Shown in pieces: positions 50,700 to 64,000 of a DNA stretch of 64,000 bases; the stretch's first letter is position 1, and each line of letters opens with the position of its first letter. The DNA comes from Squalus acanthias. Its lineage: Eukaryota. The DNA lies in NCBI GenBank assembly GCA_030390025.1, contig CM059432.1, forward strand, positions 47,742,001-47,806,000, given 5' to 3'. A program made the translations under genes and the position numbers. The notes under the pieces are model-generated. The model made no database searches, was not told the origin of the DNA, and worked only from the letters and a program-made list of their open reading frames with translations.

Positions 50700-53122
50700 A
50701 CCAACGTTCAGATTGCCGTAACTTTGGAGCAGGCCAGGAAATAAGTGTCCAGCGCTCCCCTCAAGCCAGTCTGACCATTCAAGTAGATCACAGCTGATCT
50801 GTAACTTAACTCCATTTATCTGGATTTGCTCCATATCACTCGATACTGACCCTACAAAAATCTATCAATTTCAGTCTAGAAAGCTTCAACTGACCCAACA
50901 TCCACAGCCTTTTGTGGAAGAGAGTTCCAGATTTCTACTATCCCTTGTGTGAAGAAGGCCACAAATTTAATAGCGCTCAGGGGGCGGGTTTGGAGGCGGG
51001 TCCGCTGTCAAAATAGCGAAGATTGACAGCAAGTAGGAAACCCGCTGTCAACCCGCCTCCACGCGAGACTCCCAGGTGTCGGGTCTGTCAGCGGGCGGGG
51101 ATACAATTCAGCTTCTTAAATGGCTTGTTAAGAGCTTACTTCTAATTTTATGTTCTCCCCCACGGGTTATCCGCTGTTCGGGAACACACCAGCTCACCCT
51201 GGTGTGTTTTGAGTCTGCTCTGATGTTTCTGAAAAGCTGACAGCTGCAGAAGTGGTGTAAAGGATGCTATGTTGCAGATGGTGAGTTTCAGAGCGCAGAA
51301 AATGTTGGTTACTGCATTTTTAATACATATAGAGATTTCTTTAGCTTACAAGTTTTTAGATCCAACTGTATGTCCAGTGCCACCTCATTAGGAGAACCTC
51401 TCTCACCATTGACAGATCGCTTCTGTCATCGCACCTGCAGCTGCCATCTATTGCCTTTGAAACAATCAGACCTTGGTCCTCCAAATCTTTCCACGATCAG
51501 CCCCAACACCAACATCACCAGGCACACCAACATCACCAACAACATCACCACCTTCTCCTCAATCACCTGATGCTGCACTGGACACAGGGCATCAGCCCCT
51601 GACAACATTGCTGCCCGGGAGGCTAGCGATGGCATCACCATGGTCAGATTTACTTCACATGATGCTTTACACCCTGGCTGCCACATGATGCGCCAGGTTG
51701 ACACCATCCCACACCAGCACCATAAAGCATCCCTTTAATGTCCAAGCCATTCCATGCACACTCATCACTATAGCAGGGGCGGGGTGGGGGGGGGGGTTAG
51801 TTATGTCTGAACAATCACTGGAACTCAGTAAGACATTCTCAAGGTGTGCTCAGATCTGTCCAATAAGGGGCACTTTTGGAAAAATAGATTACACTGTATG
51901 ACAACACATTACCAGAAACTTCACATGGACATTGGCTAAACCTCTCAAGTGCCTACCCTTGTGTGTTGTTAGTTGGTATGCTTGCAGTAGGATGAGGGTG
52001 AGTGTGAGAGGTGGCTAATGAGATGGGGAAGTGATAAAGTAGATAGAGAGGGTTGGGTGGAGTTACAAGGTAAGTTGGTGTGAGTAAGGATGTGCAGGAG
52101 AAGGGTATGGAAGGCAGAGTGATGGGGATGTGTTGAGTGGCACAGCAGGGTGAGTTTGAGTGTGGCTTTGCAGTAACGTTTCGTGATCCACTGAGATCAT
52201 TGAAAGTTTGCGCCACTGCAGCCACGGACCCCTGATGACATCCCTGCTTTTGGCCTCCTGTGCAATGTGCAACCAGGCTGCATTGGTGTCTTGGGGAGGT
52301 CTCTTCCGCCCTTGGAAGGGAAGAGAACCTCCATGCGTGCTGTGACTCCCTCCATAAGCATATGGAGGAGTCATTGGAGAGCCTGGGTGCGAGCGTTCAC
52401 CTTTGTGCAGTGCTCGTCAGTGTTTGCAGAACCTCAATGCTGTCAAACACTGACAGAACAACTGTCAAACTCTATGCGGACGTGGTCCCTTTAAGGAAAC
52501 CGGCTGATGACGCGTCATCAAATGACGTCATCAGACCCGCTTCCTGTTAATTGGCCGGGAAGCCCGCTGGGCGGGCTTAACAAGACCAATCAAGGGAAAA
52601 TCACGCTTACAGCACGGCGGCAGATGGGAGTGGGACCGGAACGGGGAAACCAGCTCTCCCGCCACCATCGCGCCTCCTCCATTAAATTCATGGCCGAAGT
52701 GTTTCCTGATTTTGGTGCTGAATGGCCTAGCTCTAATTTTAAGATTATGTCCCCTAGTTCTTGATTCACCCACCGGAGGAAATAGTTTTTAGGTATCTAC
52801 CCTATCAAATCCTTTTAGCATTTTAAACACCTCGATCAGATCACATTTCAAACGTCTATACTCAAGGGAATGCAAGCCAAGTTTATGCAACCTGCCCTCA
52901 TAAGTTAACCCTTTAAGCCCTGGTATTATTCTGGTGCATCGACATTGTAGGTTAATATATTCCACCTGAGGTTCGGTGCCCAAAATTGAATGTAGTACGA
53001 CAGATGGGTTCTGATCAAAGGCTATATACAAGTGAAGCATAATGTCCTCATCTTTGTATTCCAGTCCCCTTGAGATTAAGGCCAGCGTTACATTCACCTT
53101 TTAATTGTTTTTTGTACGTGTC
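50700..53122 (-). mobile_element. CR1 3' fragment split by a Harbinger derivative
   Basis: LHSLEYRRLKCDLIEVFK and MGESRTRGHNLKIR motifs. Confidence 0.85.
50957..52695. mobile_element. Non-autonomous Harbinger derivative
   Basis: TIR GGCCA(C/T)(A/G)AATTTAAT, TSD GAA; homologous to 25768-27848. Confidence 0.9.
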
Positions 53123-53124
53123 TA

Positions 53125-53738
53125 CTTTTTTTTATTCATTCACGGGATGTGGGAAAGGCCAACATTTATTGCCCATCCCTATTTTCCCTTGAGAAGGTGG
53201 TGGTGAGCCGCCTTCTTGAACCGCTGCAGTCCATGTGCTGAAGGTACTACCACAATGCTGTTAGGGAGGGAGTTCCAGGATTTTGACCCAGCGACAGTAA
53301 AGGAATGGCAATATATTTCAAAGTCAGGATGGTGTGTGACTTGGAAGGGAACTTGGAGGAGGTGGTGTTCCCATGCGCCTGCTGCCCTTGTCCTTCTAGG
53401 TGGTAGAGGTCATGGGTTTGGGAGGTGCTGTCGAAGAAGCCTTGGTGAGTTGCTGCAGTGCATCTTGTAGATGGTACACACTGCAGCCACGGTATGCCGG
53501 TGGTGGAGGCAAGTGAATGTTTAAGGTGGTGGATGAGGTGCCAATCAAGCGGGCTGCTTTGTCCTGGATGGTGTCGAGCTTCTTGAGTGTTGTTGGAGCT
53601 GCACTCATCCAGGCAAGTGGAGAGTATTCCATCACACTCCTGACTTGTGCCTTGTAGATGGTGGAAAGGCTTTGGGGAGTCAGAAGGTGAGACACTCGCT
53701 GCAGAATACCCAACCTCTGACCTGCTCTTGTAGCCACA
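53125..53738 (-). mobile_element. Second LINE family 3' fragment
   Basis: ATRAGQRLGIL..KAQVRSVMEYSPLAW. Confidence 0.9.
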
Positions 53739-54319
53739 GGCAGCTCACCGGCGAAGAAAATTTGAATTTGGGGCTGCTGCATCACCGGTAGGTCATGTAG
53801 GCCTTGGGAGAAGGGGGTGACTGGGAAAGGGGCAAGGTGGGGGTCGAGGCGGCGATCAGGAAGGGCGGGGGGTCAAGAGGTAGCCGGCAGCGGCCTGTGG
53901 TTTCAATATGGAGCTGGGCAGGAGCCCTCCTGCACCTCCCGGCTCCACATTCAGGTAAGTATTTTTTTTAAACTTACCTTTATAGTGGCAGTCTGCAGCG
54001 GTCTGTTTAAGGACCGCTGGTTAGGCTGTATATAGTCCTGATTTTTCTCAATGCAGCCAGCCCAGCGCCAGCTGTGATCAGGGTGAATCAATTTGGTAAA
54101 GAAGCATCAAACAGGCGTTAGACCCCTTATTTTCATATGCAAAGGAGCTAGCTACTGTTTCTGGAGCCCTCTTTTGATACCTTTACCAATATAGTGGGCG
54201 GCGCACTTCCGGCACGGATAGCGCCTGTGCTCGCCGTCCGCCATATTAGCTGCTTTACACCTGAAAAACGGGTGCAGCTTCATCGAATTTTAAGGCCATT
54301 ATTTTGAATAAATAATCAT

Positions 54320-56150
54320 AATACAACTTACATTTCTATAGTGCTCTTCACATATAGAAAGACAGCACAAGAGCACTTCACAGGGTGTTGAGCAAAAGGG
54401 GGACAAAGAGAAGATAGGTAATTGGAGGCAATGAGACACAGTTGAAAAGATGGATCTTTAAGAGGCTTTTGAAAGTGGGGAGAGACATGAGAAGGTGCAG
54501 GTGCTGAGAGAGGGAGTTGAAGAGGATAGATGCATAGTGGCTAAAGGAAGTAGGGAATGAGAACTAAAAATTGGAATGTGTGTACAGGGATATACAACTC
54601 AAAGAAATCACCAGGGTAAATGGAGCAAGGCCATCGAGGGATTTGTAGGTGAGGACAAGGATCATAAAACCGATTCCAAGTATAATATGCCCCTTTGGAG
54701 GTAAGAGAGCTGGAATCAGCCTGCACCAGGTGATCCAACTTATTTTACAACTCTGAATGCAGAAACATTTACATAATCCACAAGGAACCCCTGGTTGAGG
54801 TTTAAGCTCTGGTGAAGGCAAACTGTTACTACTGTCCAACCACTTATGATAGCAGGTGACTGTCCGAAACCAAAAAATGACCTATTGAAACCATAAACCC
54901 TCACACAGGACATGGATCCACTTGAACTGATAACAAAATGGAGCTGATTGAAGCTTAGCAGATACACGTTTGAACTAAAATTGAATGCGATCATCAGTAA
55001 CTATTGTGGCCAGTGGAGTAAAGAAGAAGTCACTACCTCGAAAGGGATGCACAGAAGGCCAGAGTTGGAGGAATAAAGGGCATAGGAGGGAACGTAAATT
55101 GAAGGAGGTTACAGAGTAAGAGTAGGGTGAATTCATGGAGACGTTTAAGGATGAGGATTTTAAGTACAATCTATTGGGAAACAGGGACCCAGAATTCATC
55201 AGCAAGAAGTGGTTGATGGACAAATGGGACTTAATGTGGGACTGGATGCAGATAGCAGAGTTTTGAATGAGTTGGCATATATATGAGTTGGCCAGTGGAG
55301 AATGGGAGGCCAGCAAAGAGGACATTGGAGAAATCGCTTTTGAAGCACGGATAAGGGTTCTGGTGGAAGTGGACGTGAAGTTGAGAGGAAGATGAATAAA
55401 AGTAGTCTTGGTGATAGATGGAATATGGGGTTTGAAGTTCATCTCTGGGCTAAGGTTTTGCATAGTCTTACCCAGACTGGCAAGGGAACAGAGTTTATCG
55501 AAGAGTTGAAAACTATTGCTTCAGTCTTTCTGTAGTTCTGCTGGAGGAAATTTGGACCCCTCTCTATCTCTGTAATCTCCTCCAGCCCTATAACCCTCCG
55601 AGATATCTGCGCTCCTCCAATTCTGGCCTCTTGAGCATCCCTGATTATAATCACTCAACCATTGGTGGCCGTGTCTTCTGTTGCCTAGGCCCTAAGCTCT
55701 GGAATTCCCTCCCTAAACCTCTCTACCTCTCTTTCCTCCTTTAAGACACTCCTTAAAACCTACCTCTTTGGCCAAGCTTTTGGTCATCTGCCCCAATATC
55801 TCATGAAGCTCGGTGTCAAATTTTGTTTGATAACGCTCCTGTGAAGCACCTTGGGACGTTTTACTATGTGAACGGCGCTATATAAATACAAGTTGTTGTT
55901 GGAACGTGAGGCAGGCAGTCTGGCAGCACAGAGGTGGTAGTTGTGGGGTCAAGGGAAGTGGTGGAGAAATGGGGCTCAGTTTCAGCAGAATACAAATGGA
56001 AGCTGATCCCATATCTGCGGATGATGTCACCAAGGAGCAATATTTAGATCATGAAGAGAAAGGATAGAACTCTGGAGGTGATTGTGCAGGAGCACAATGA
56101 GAAGCCATTGCTGGATGCATTGGGACAGTTAGGACTGGAATCATACAAGG
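54320..56150. mobile_element. Old minus-strand L2 remnants with a younger plus-strand L2 3' end (55557-55900)
   Basis: LIQNSA and KTEAIVF motifs; tail ggcgctatataaatacaagttgttgtt. Confidence 0.7.
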
Positions 56151-57214
56151 GTAGCAATGACTAGAAATCTCCAAGTAAATCTTATTTGTTTTATATTCAC
56201 AGGATCATCTTTTGCCCAAAAATATTTCAGAAATATTTTCTTTTTTAATATTGTTGCTGAGATTATTCCCATGCACACACCAGCCTAGCTTGTAAATTGG
56301 TTTGGTTGAAATTATGACTTATAGAAGTGAAATGGTAGAGCTGCATAGTTAACTTTGTGTCAAGCAACAGTTTAGTTCAACGCTCTATCTTAAATGTTAA
56401 AGTTATAATTGTTACCAAGTCGTACTTTAAAAAGTCCTAGGCTGTAATAGTTAAGAGAATCAGGTGCACAAAAAGATTATAACATTCACTTGATGTAATT
56501 GTTTTTAAAAAATTATTAATAAGCTACAGGAAGCCTTACATCATGGAGACCTTTTCCATAAATCAGCAGGCGGTCTAATCTTGGCATTGATACATGTCCC
56601 CTGCAGGGTTGCATGCACCTTGAAGGCATAGTGTGCCGAAACACAGCAGCATAGCACGCAAGGGACTGCCTTTTGACCAAGAGTGGTAATAGGAATGCTG
56701 ATTGAAACAATGCACTATTTTTGGCAGACAATAGCAGCCATTGGCAGTTTACCTGCAGAACTATCATTGACTGAACCATGAAACCAATTACAAAAAAAAA
56801 CAACAGATTCTTGAAAGCTGGAGAAAGTAGTACAATTTCTTCAGAAGATCCATTTTAGACGAATATGCCTGCTCCAAAACATAATTAAGAAGATAATCTG
56901 AGAACTAGCCAAAGATCGTTTGTAAAAGAACAATTTTTTAATTTCCAATTTTTCATTAGAAATTAGGGCATCTCCCTTCGTGTTGCTCATGGTCTGCAGC
57001 TTGGGCTGCGAGGTGGGTGCGGAGATTGGGTGAAGAGTGGATATTGGAAAAGTGGGCAACTGAGTAGCTACATTTAGAATCAGGCAGGCAATGGGAAGGG
57101 AGCATCAGTGGGTGCTGGCACCATAGCTGATGCTGAAATGGGAGAGCGGGAATCTGATGGTGAAACAGCCTGGTTAGGCAAGTCATGATGGCAGATACCA
57201 TCCAGGATGGGATG

Positions 57215-57605
57215 TAAAATTACAGCTCTTCGCAACCAATGATGTACGTTTGAAGTGTAGTCACTGTTGTATTGTAGGAAACGCAGCAGCCAATTTGTGT
57301 ACATCAATGTCATACAAACAGATAATCTGTTTTACTCATTTTGGTTGAGGAATAAGTATTGGCCAGGACACTGCGGAGAACTCCCCTGCTCTTCTTCGAA
57401 TTAATGCCATGGGATCTCTTATGTCCTCTACAGGGTGGATGGGGCCTTTGTTTAACGTTTTAGCCACAAGACGGCACATCTGACAGTGCAGCACTCCCTC
57501 AGTACTGCACTAGAGTGGCAGCCTAGATTTTGGTCTCTGGAGTGGGACTTGAAACCACAAACATCTGACTCAGAGAAAAGAGTGCTACCACTGAACCACA
57601 CCTAA
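57215..57605 (-). mobile_element. Deu-domain SINE
   Basis: Reverse-complement similarity to 11070-11535. Confidence 0.8.
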
Positions 57606-57989
57606 CAGCAGTATGTAGCTTGTTAATTTATAAATATTAATGAAATTAAGGTATTAAATAATGTTATAATCTCTTATGGGTCATGGAACTCCCATGGTTG
57701 CAGTATTACAATGTGATTGGTTCAGTCACAAAAATGGCCAATGAGAAATTATACTGTAAACACCAAGAACTGTCCCTTTGATAACCAGGAACATGGGAAC
57801 TCCTGACATTGGGAGTTCTCACCCAAGCCTGTTCTCTCCTGTGTTAACAGCCTACCAAACCTCATGGGGAAGTCTTGTGGAAAGCCAAGGTCTAACTTAT
57901 TTGGATCCCAGCATATTTTCTGCCATTCTCCCACGGCAGGAGTGTACTGGGTGTTCATCCCTTATGTTTCGAATCCGATAAAAAAATAA

Positions 57990-60290
57990 GCATTGCTTGA
58001 TTTAGTTCTGGGAAATGAAGTGGGGTAAATAACCGATAGGGGAACAATTGGGAAATAGTGACACTGAAGACCTTGATTTTTTAATTATATAAAAATATAA
58101 AAAATACACATTTACTGGATTTCTTTGAAGAAATGACAGATCTTACTGACAATGGAAATTCTGTGGAAGTGATATTTGTAGATTTCACCAGAGCTTTAAT
58201 TACCATGCCACATAAGCTTCTGAGGTAATTTAAAATTGACTAGATGAGAGAAAGCAGTGGGTGGTTATGACTGGAGTTTCAAGATGACAAAGGGTTGCTG
58301 GCAAGGTGCCAAGGGATCAGTGGTGGGACCGTTGCTATTTATGGTGTACACAAAGTATTTGGTTCCAAATTGGAGGGGAATAAGCAAACCAAAGAGATCT
58401 GGATAGGTTGTGTAGGTGGGCTGATGACTGGCGAATGCCATTTAATGTGAACAACTAGTGAGACTCAGGAAAGGAACAGTGGAAATATAAACGAAATAGC
58501 TCCAGGCTACAGGTCTCATTGAAATATATAAGATTCTGAGAGGGCTTGACAAGGTAGATGCTGAGAGGCCGTTTCCCTTGGCTGGAGAGTCTAGAACTAG
58601 GGGGCATAATCTCAGGATAAGGGGTCGGCCATTTAGGACTGAGATGAGGAGAAATTTATTCACTCAGAGGGTTATGAATCTTTGGAAGTCTCTATCCCAG
58701 AAGGCAGTGAATGCTCAGTCCTTGAGTATATTCAAGGCTGAGATAGATAGATTTTTGGACTCTAAGGGAATCAAGGGATAAGGGGATCAGGCGGGTTGAG
58801 GTTGAAGATCAGCCATGGTCTTATTGAATGGTGGAGTAGTCTCGAGGGGCAGTATGGCCTACTTCTGCTCCTATTTCTTATATTCTTTCTTATGTTCTTA
58901 GGTCACAACACAGGGGAGAGATTTGGGGCTATTGGTGGATAGCTCCATAATAGGGCATAGGGCAGTGCACAGCAGCAGTAAGGAAAGTTAATCTTGGAAT
59001 GTATGGCCAGATGGATAGAGCACAAATCCCAGAAGGTGATAATGAATCATGCACTGTTATAGCCACACCTGGAGTACTGTGCGCAAGTCTAATTTATTAC
59101 TACATTAAGGATATCCAGGCTTTGGAGGTAGCTATCTGGCTATCAGATAGATATCTTGCTAATAGATATTTAGGTAGATATCTAGCTAAGAAACAGATAT
59201 CTAGCTGAAGCATCTGCGGTATGGGAAGACCTGGGATTGTTTACTTTGAAGAAGTGTTAGAGGAGATATTGGCCCAAAAATTCGGCCCTTCCCGGGTGAG
59301 TACATAGTGCGTACTCACCCGTATTGCTTCCCGAAGTGCCGGTTTCCTGCATGCACTGCGCATGCGCGGGAAACCGGAACTTCCGGTATGGTGAAGGGGG
59401 CGGTTCCTAGGTGAACCGCGCGCGCGCTAGAGGCTGCGCACACGCAGCACACTTAGATTTTTTTTCAGGTTTCTATGCGAGGGTAAGTATTGAAGATACT
59501 ACGCTAATAAAAAGGAGGCGTAAGACCCCTTTTGAACAAGGTAAGTGGTTAATTAAGTATAATTTAAAATTTTTTTCAACAGGTTTATCTTTTTTAGATA
59601 CTTTAAAGAAAGGTAAGTTTATTTTTATAACTTTTAAAAAGTATTTTAATTTTTTCAAAAATTTAAATTTTTGTTTAAAGTGGTTAATTTATTTAACTAT
59701 AGTTATTTTATAAATGTGATGGTTTTTTTTAAATTTATTTTAAGTTTAGCTGTTCTTTTGGGGCCGATTTCAATTCACAGATTTGACAGGTCTCCTGTCA
59801 AATCTATGAATGAAAGATGGTCTGCTGCCATTGGCTCTCCATGGCCCACGTGATCCCAGGGGACGCATCGCACTAACTGCGCCCCTGGAACACGCAAGCA
59901 CTGCGCGCCGGCAGTTGGAGCAGGCCCAGGACCCGAAGTTCCTGTGGGCCCAAAACACAACGGCAGGCGCGGTGGGTAAGAGCGCGCACGATCCTTACCC
60001 CCGCGGCAAGCCGGCCACGCGAATTTCAGGGCCATTATCCAAGTATTCAAGATTCTAAAGGGAATATATAAATTGAACCCCGATAAAAGGTTTGCGACTG
60101 CAATAAACTTTAGAACCATGTTTATAAGAGGGAAGATGCACTGACAGTTTAAATTTAACTACTTTATGCAGAGGGTTGTGATTGTGTGGAACAGGCTGGC
60201 CAGCAAGCAGTGGAGGTAGATCGTGCGGAAACATTTAAGGGAGAATTAGATAAATATTTGAGGGAGTGGGCAATTGAGAAGTATTAGTAT
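57990..60290 (+). mobile_element. Very old CR1 remnant with a nested younger CR1 3' end (58513-58900)
   Basis: Eroded RT motifs; the nested copy reads AGESRTRGHNLRIRG and has a ttcttatg tail. Confidence 0.7.
59271..60033. mobile_element. Harbinger-type MITE with AT-rich core
   Basis: TIR GGCCC(AA/TG)AAATTCG, TSD ATT. Confidence 0.85.
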
Positions 60291-61054
60291 TTGAGATTGT
60301 TCAGATAGATTGCAGAGGTTTTCTGGTCTTGCACATTCCTATATATTCCTATTGCTTGACATGATCTGTCAGCTCGGTCAGTCCGCAAAAAGCAAATATT
60401 ATTGGAAAATAATTCCAAGACATCAAATCTGACTAGCAACAACTATTGTCCATCTTTGTTTCATAGTTTTAAATTCCAATACAGTTTGCTTGCACGCTAT
60501 TCTCAGGAAGTTCCTTAAAAGCCCGGATGATTCCGTGACTTCAGTTTGACAGCACCCAAAATATTTTACTGATAGTCTTTAAACTTTAGGCACCAGTCTG
60601 ACCACAACTTGTCACTTGCTTCAGTTTACATTCAACAAGTGGATAGCAGCTCACAGGAAGGAGCTACTGTTCAGAAACAAAACAGCGGGCAGAGTGTGCA
60701 TGCGCATGAAGGTAACCCAAGCTGATAGTGTCCTGTTGCAAAGCTGTGTTAATTGATGAGTGCCTTGTTCTTATTCTCAGACTCAATTTGCAGAAATAAA
60801 AGTACAGACAAATAAGAGTATGAGAAAATCCTGAAATTGAAGAGTTTACTACCTTCCATACAGCTCACTATAATGAACTATTATCAAGGTATGTAAGAAG
60901 TGGCCTTAAAATATATACCTCAATCCCATTAACAACAGAGATTCAAATTCACATCTGTTGGGAATCTGCAGCCAGATCAGAGTACAGACTGAAATCTAAA
61001 CACGAACAAATCAGAGTAAATAATTCTGAGTACAATAAGGACTCAATGATCATC

Positions 61055-63740
61055 TTTGTTTTTTTTGGCTCAAAAAAGGAGAGGATTGAATGCTTAATAT
61101 TCCTGGGTAGAAGGTATTCAGGAAAGATAGGGAAGGAAAAAAAGGAGATGGGGTAGCAGTTTTGATTAAGGAAAATTTTACAGTGCTAGAAAGAGAGAAT
61201 GTCCTTGAGGGACCAAAAACAGAATCTATTTGGTTGGAGTTGAGAAACAATAAAGGAGCTATTACACTACTGGTGTATTTTATAGGCCACCAAATAATGG
61301 GAAGGCGATAGAGGAGCAGATTTGCTCAGAAATTACTGAGAGGTGCAAGAACGATAGAGTAGTGGTAATGGGAGACTTTAAATATCCCAATATTGAATGG
61401 GGCAGTGATTGTGTTAAGGGAAAAGATGGGGAGGAATTTATGAAGTGTGTTCAGGAGAATTTTCTTGAACAGTATGTTTCCTGCCCAACGAGGAAGGAGG
61501 CTTTGCTGGATCTAGTCCTGGGGAATGAAGTGGGTCAAGTAGAGAATGTCACAGTGGGGGAGCATCTCGGGAATAGTGATCATAGTATCGTAAGGTTTAG
61601 ATTAGTTATGGAGAAGGACAAGGAGCAATCTAAAAATACTTAACTGGAGGAGGGCTAATTTCAGCGAATTGACGAGGGATCTGGCCCAGGTAAATTGGAG
61701 TCAAAGACTGGCAGGCAGAAATATAATGGAGCAATGGGCAGCCTTTAAAGAGGAGATGGTTTGGGTACAGTCTGGGTACATTCCTACAAGAGGGAAAGGG
61801 AGGGCAACCAAAGTCAGAGCTCCCTGGATGACGAAGGAGTTGGAGAGTAGGATGAAGCAGACAAAGGGGTCCTATGACAGATGTTAGCTTGATAATACAA
61901 GGGAGAATCAGGCTGAGTATATAAAGTACAGAGGAGAAGTGAAAAAGGAAATATGAGGGGCAAAGAGACTAGACGAGAATAGATTGGCAGCTAACATAAA
62001 GGGGAATCCAAAGGTCTTCAATAGGCATTTTAACAGTAAAAGGTTTGTCAGAGGAGCGGTGGGGCTGATTAGGATCAAAATGGAGAGCTATTGGTGAAGG
62101 CAGAATGCATGGCTGAGGTACTAAATGAGTACTTTGCATCGGTGTTTACCAAGGAAGACGACTTTGCCAAAGCTATGGTAAACGAGGAGGTTGCTGGGAC
62201 ACTGGATGAGATAAAAATAGATAAAGAGGAGGTACTAGACAGGCTGGCAGTAATTAAAGTGATAAGTGACCTGGTCCAGATGGGATGCATCCTAAGTTAC
62301 TGAGGGAAGTAAGGGTAGAAATTGCGGACGTACTGGCCACAATCTTCCAATCCTCCTTAGATACAGGGGAGGTACCAAACGACTGAAGGATTGCAAATGT
62401 TACACCCTTGTTCAAAAAAGGGGAGAAAGATAAACCTGGCAATTACAAGCCAGTCAGTTTAACGTCAGTGGTGGGGAAGCTTTTAGAAACAATAATCCGG
62501 GAGAAAATTAACAGCCACTTGGACAAGCCTGGACTAATAAAGGAGAGCCAGCACGGATTTGTTAAGGGCAAATCATGTTTCTTTGATGAGTTAACAGAGA
62601 GGGTGGATGAGGGCAGTGCAGTTGATGTTGTGTATATGGACTTTCAAAAGACATTTGATAAAGTACCACATACTAGACTTGTTAGCAAAATTGAAGCCCA
62701 TGGGATAAAAGGGAGCAGTAGCAGCATGGATACAAAATTGGCGAAGGGTGACGAAACAGATAGTAAGAGCTACAAAAAGGGAATATGAAAAGAAACTTGC
62801 AAGGGATATCAAAATCAACACAAAAAACTTCAACAATTACATTAGGATAAAGAGGGTGGTTAAGAGCAATGTGGGCCCCTTAAAAACTCATAATGGTGAT
62901 ATTATAAATGAAAATAAGGAAATGCAGACATGTTAAATAATTACTTTGCGTCAGTATTTACATGCCGGACAGCCTAAGGAAACTAATATTGAATCAGGGA
63001 CGGGACTCATCAAAATTAATGTAAGCAAATTAACAGTAATTAAGAAAATAATGGCACTAAAGAGTGGCAAATCCCCAGGATCAGATTGTTTTCATCCCAG
63101 GGTTTTAAAGGAAGTAGGTGAGAACATTCCAGATGCCCTAACTATGATCTTCCAAAGTTCTCTCGATTCAGGAACCGTTCCTTTAGGTTGGAAACTTGCA
63201 CTCCGCTATTTAAGCAGAGATGAGCGAGGGAAACCAAGGAATTATAGACCAGTTAGCCTAACATCTGTTGTCGGAAAATTATTTTAGTCTATAATTAAGG
63301 TTAGAGTGACTGAACACCTTGAAAATTTTCTGCTGATCAGAGAGAGCCAGCATGGATTTGTAACGGGTAGATCATGCCTGACAAACCTGATTGAATTTTT
63401 TGAAGAGGTGACTAAAGTAGTGGACAGGGGAATGTCTATGGATGTTATTTATATGGACTTCCAGAAGGCATTCAATAAAGTCCCTCATAAGAGACTGTTA
63501 ACTAAAGTTGAAGTTTATGGAATTAAGGGCAAATTATTGACCTGGTTAGGAAATTGGCTGAGCGACAGGAGACAGAGAGTAGGGATAATGGGCAGGCACT
63601 CTAATTGGCAGAATGTGACTAGTGGTGTCCCGCAGGGATCTGTGTTAGGGCCTCAACTATTCACTGTATTTATTAAAAAATTAGATGACGGGATAGAGAG
63701 CCAAATATCCAAGTTTGCTGATGACACAAAGATAGGCGAC
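61055..63740 (+). mobile_element. Two abutting CR1 ORF2 fragments (61055-~62740 and ~62740-63740)
   Basis: Endonuclease (MGDF, SDHS) and RT motifs; NY(K/R)PVSLTS and YMDFQK each occur twice. Confidence 0.88.
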
Positions 63741-64000
63741 ATTTTTCAAATTCATTCCTGGGACAGGCATCGCAGGCAAGGCCAACATTTATTGCCCATC
63801 CCTAATTGCCCTTGAGAAGGTGGCGGTGAGCTGCCTTCTTGAACCGCTGCAGTCTGTGAGGTTAAGGTACTACCACAGTGCTGTTAGGTAGGGAGTTCCA
63901 GGATTTTGACCCAGCGACGATGAAGGAACGGCGATATATTTCCAAGTCAGGATGGTGTGTGACTTGGAGCGGAACTTGGAGGTGGTGGTATTCCCATGCA
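63740..64000 (-). mobile_element. Second LINE family 3' end (runs off the window)
   Basis: Same 3' UTR as 17428, 38848 and 53125. Confidence 0.88.

Overview
Repeat-dense vertebrate genomic DNA. The mix of CR1 and L2 LINEs, Deu-domain tRNA SINEs, Penelope-like elements (PLEs) and Harbinger transposons suggests a cartilaginous fish (inference). The only confidently recognisable host gene piece is the terminal coding exon of a PSKH-family Ser/Thr kinase (minus strand, 22444-22752, PSKH2-like). No upstream kinase exon is visible, so everything from 22753 to the window end is probably one intron of more than 41 kb. The standout structure is a young ~3.8-kb fold-back PLE at 6651-10460. It has two nearly identical ~1.66-kb arms with 3' ends pointing outward, a 13-bp flanking duplication and an uninterrupted RT + GIY-YIG reading frame. 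Each tip carries a minimal hammerhead-ribozyme motif: intact on the right, doubly mutated in the catalytic core on the left. Older, smaller fold-back PLE remnants recur elsewhere in the window. Also present are a fossil two-gene Harbinger with many MITE derivatives, two solo LTRs, a tRNA-Leu pseudogene, a template-switch inverted duplication and a possible unannotated spliced gene with an 8-nt micro-exon near the window start. All calls are by eye and no database searches were run.
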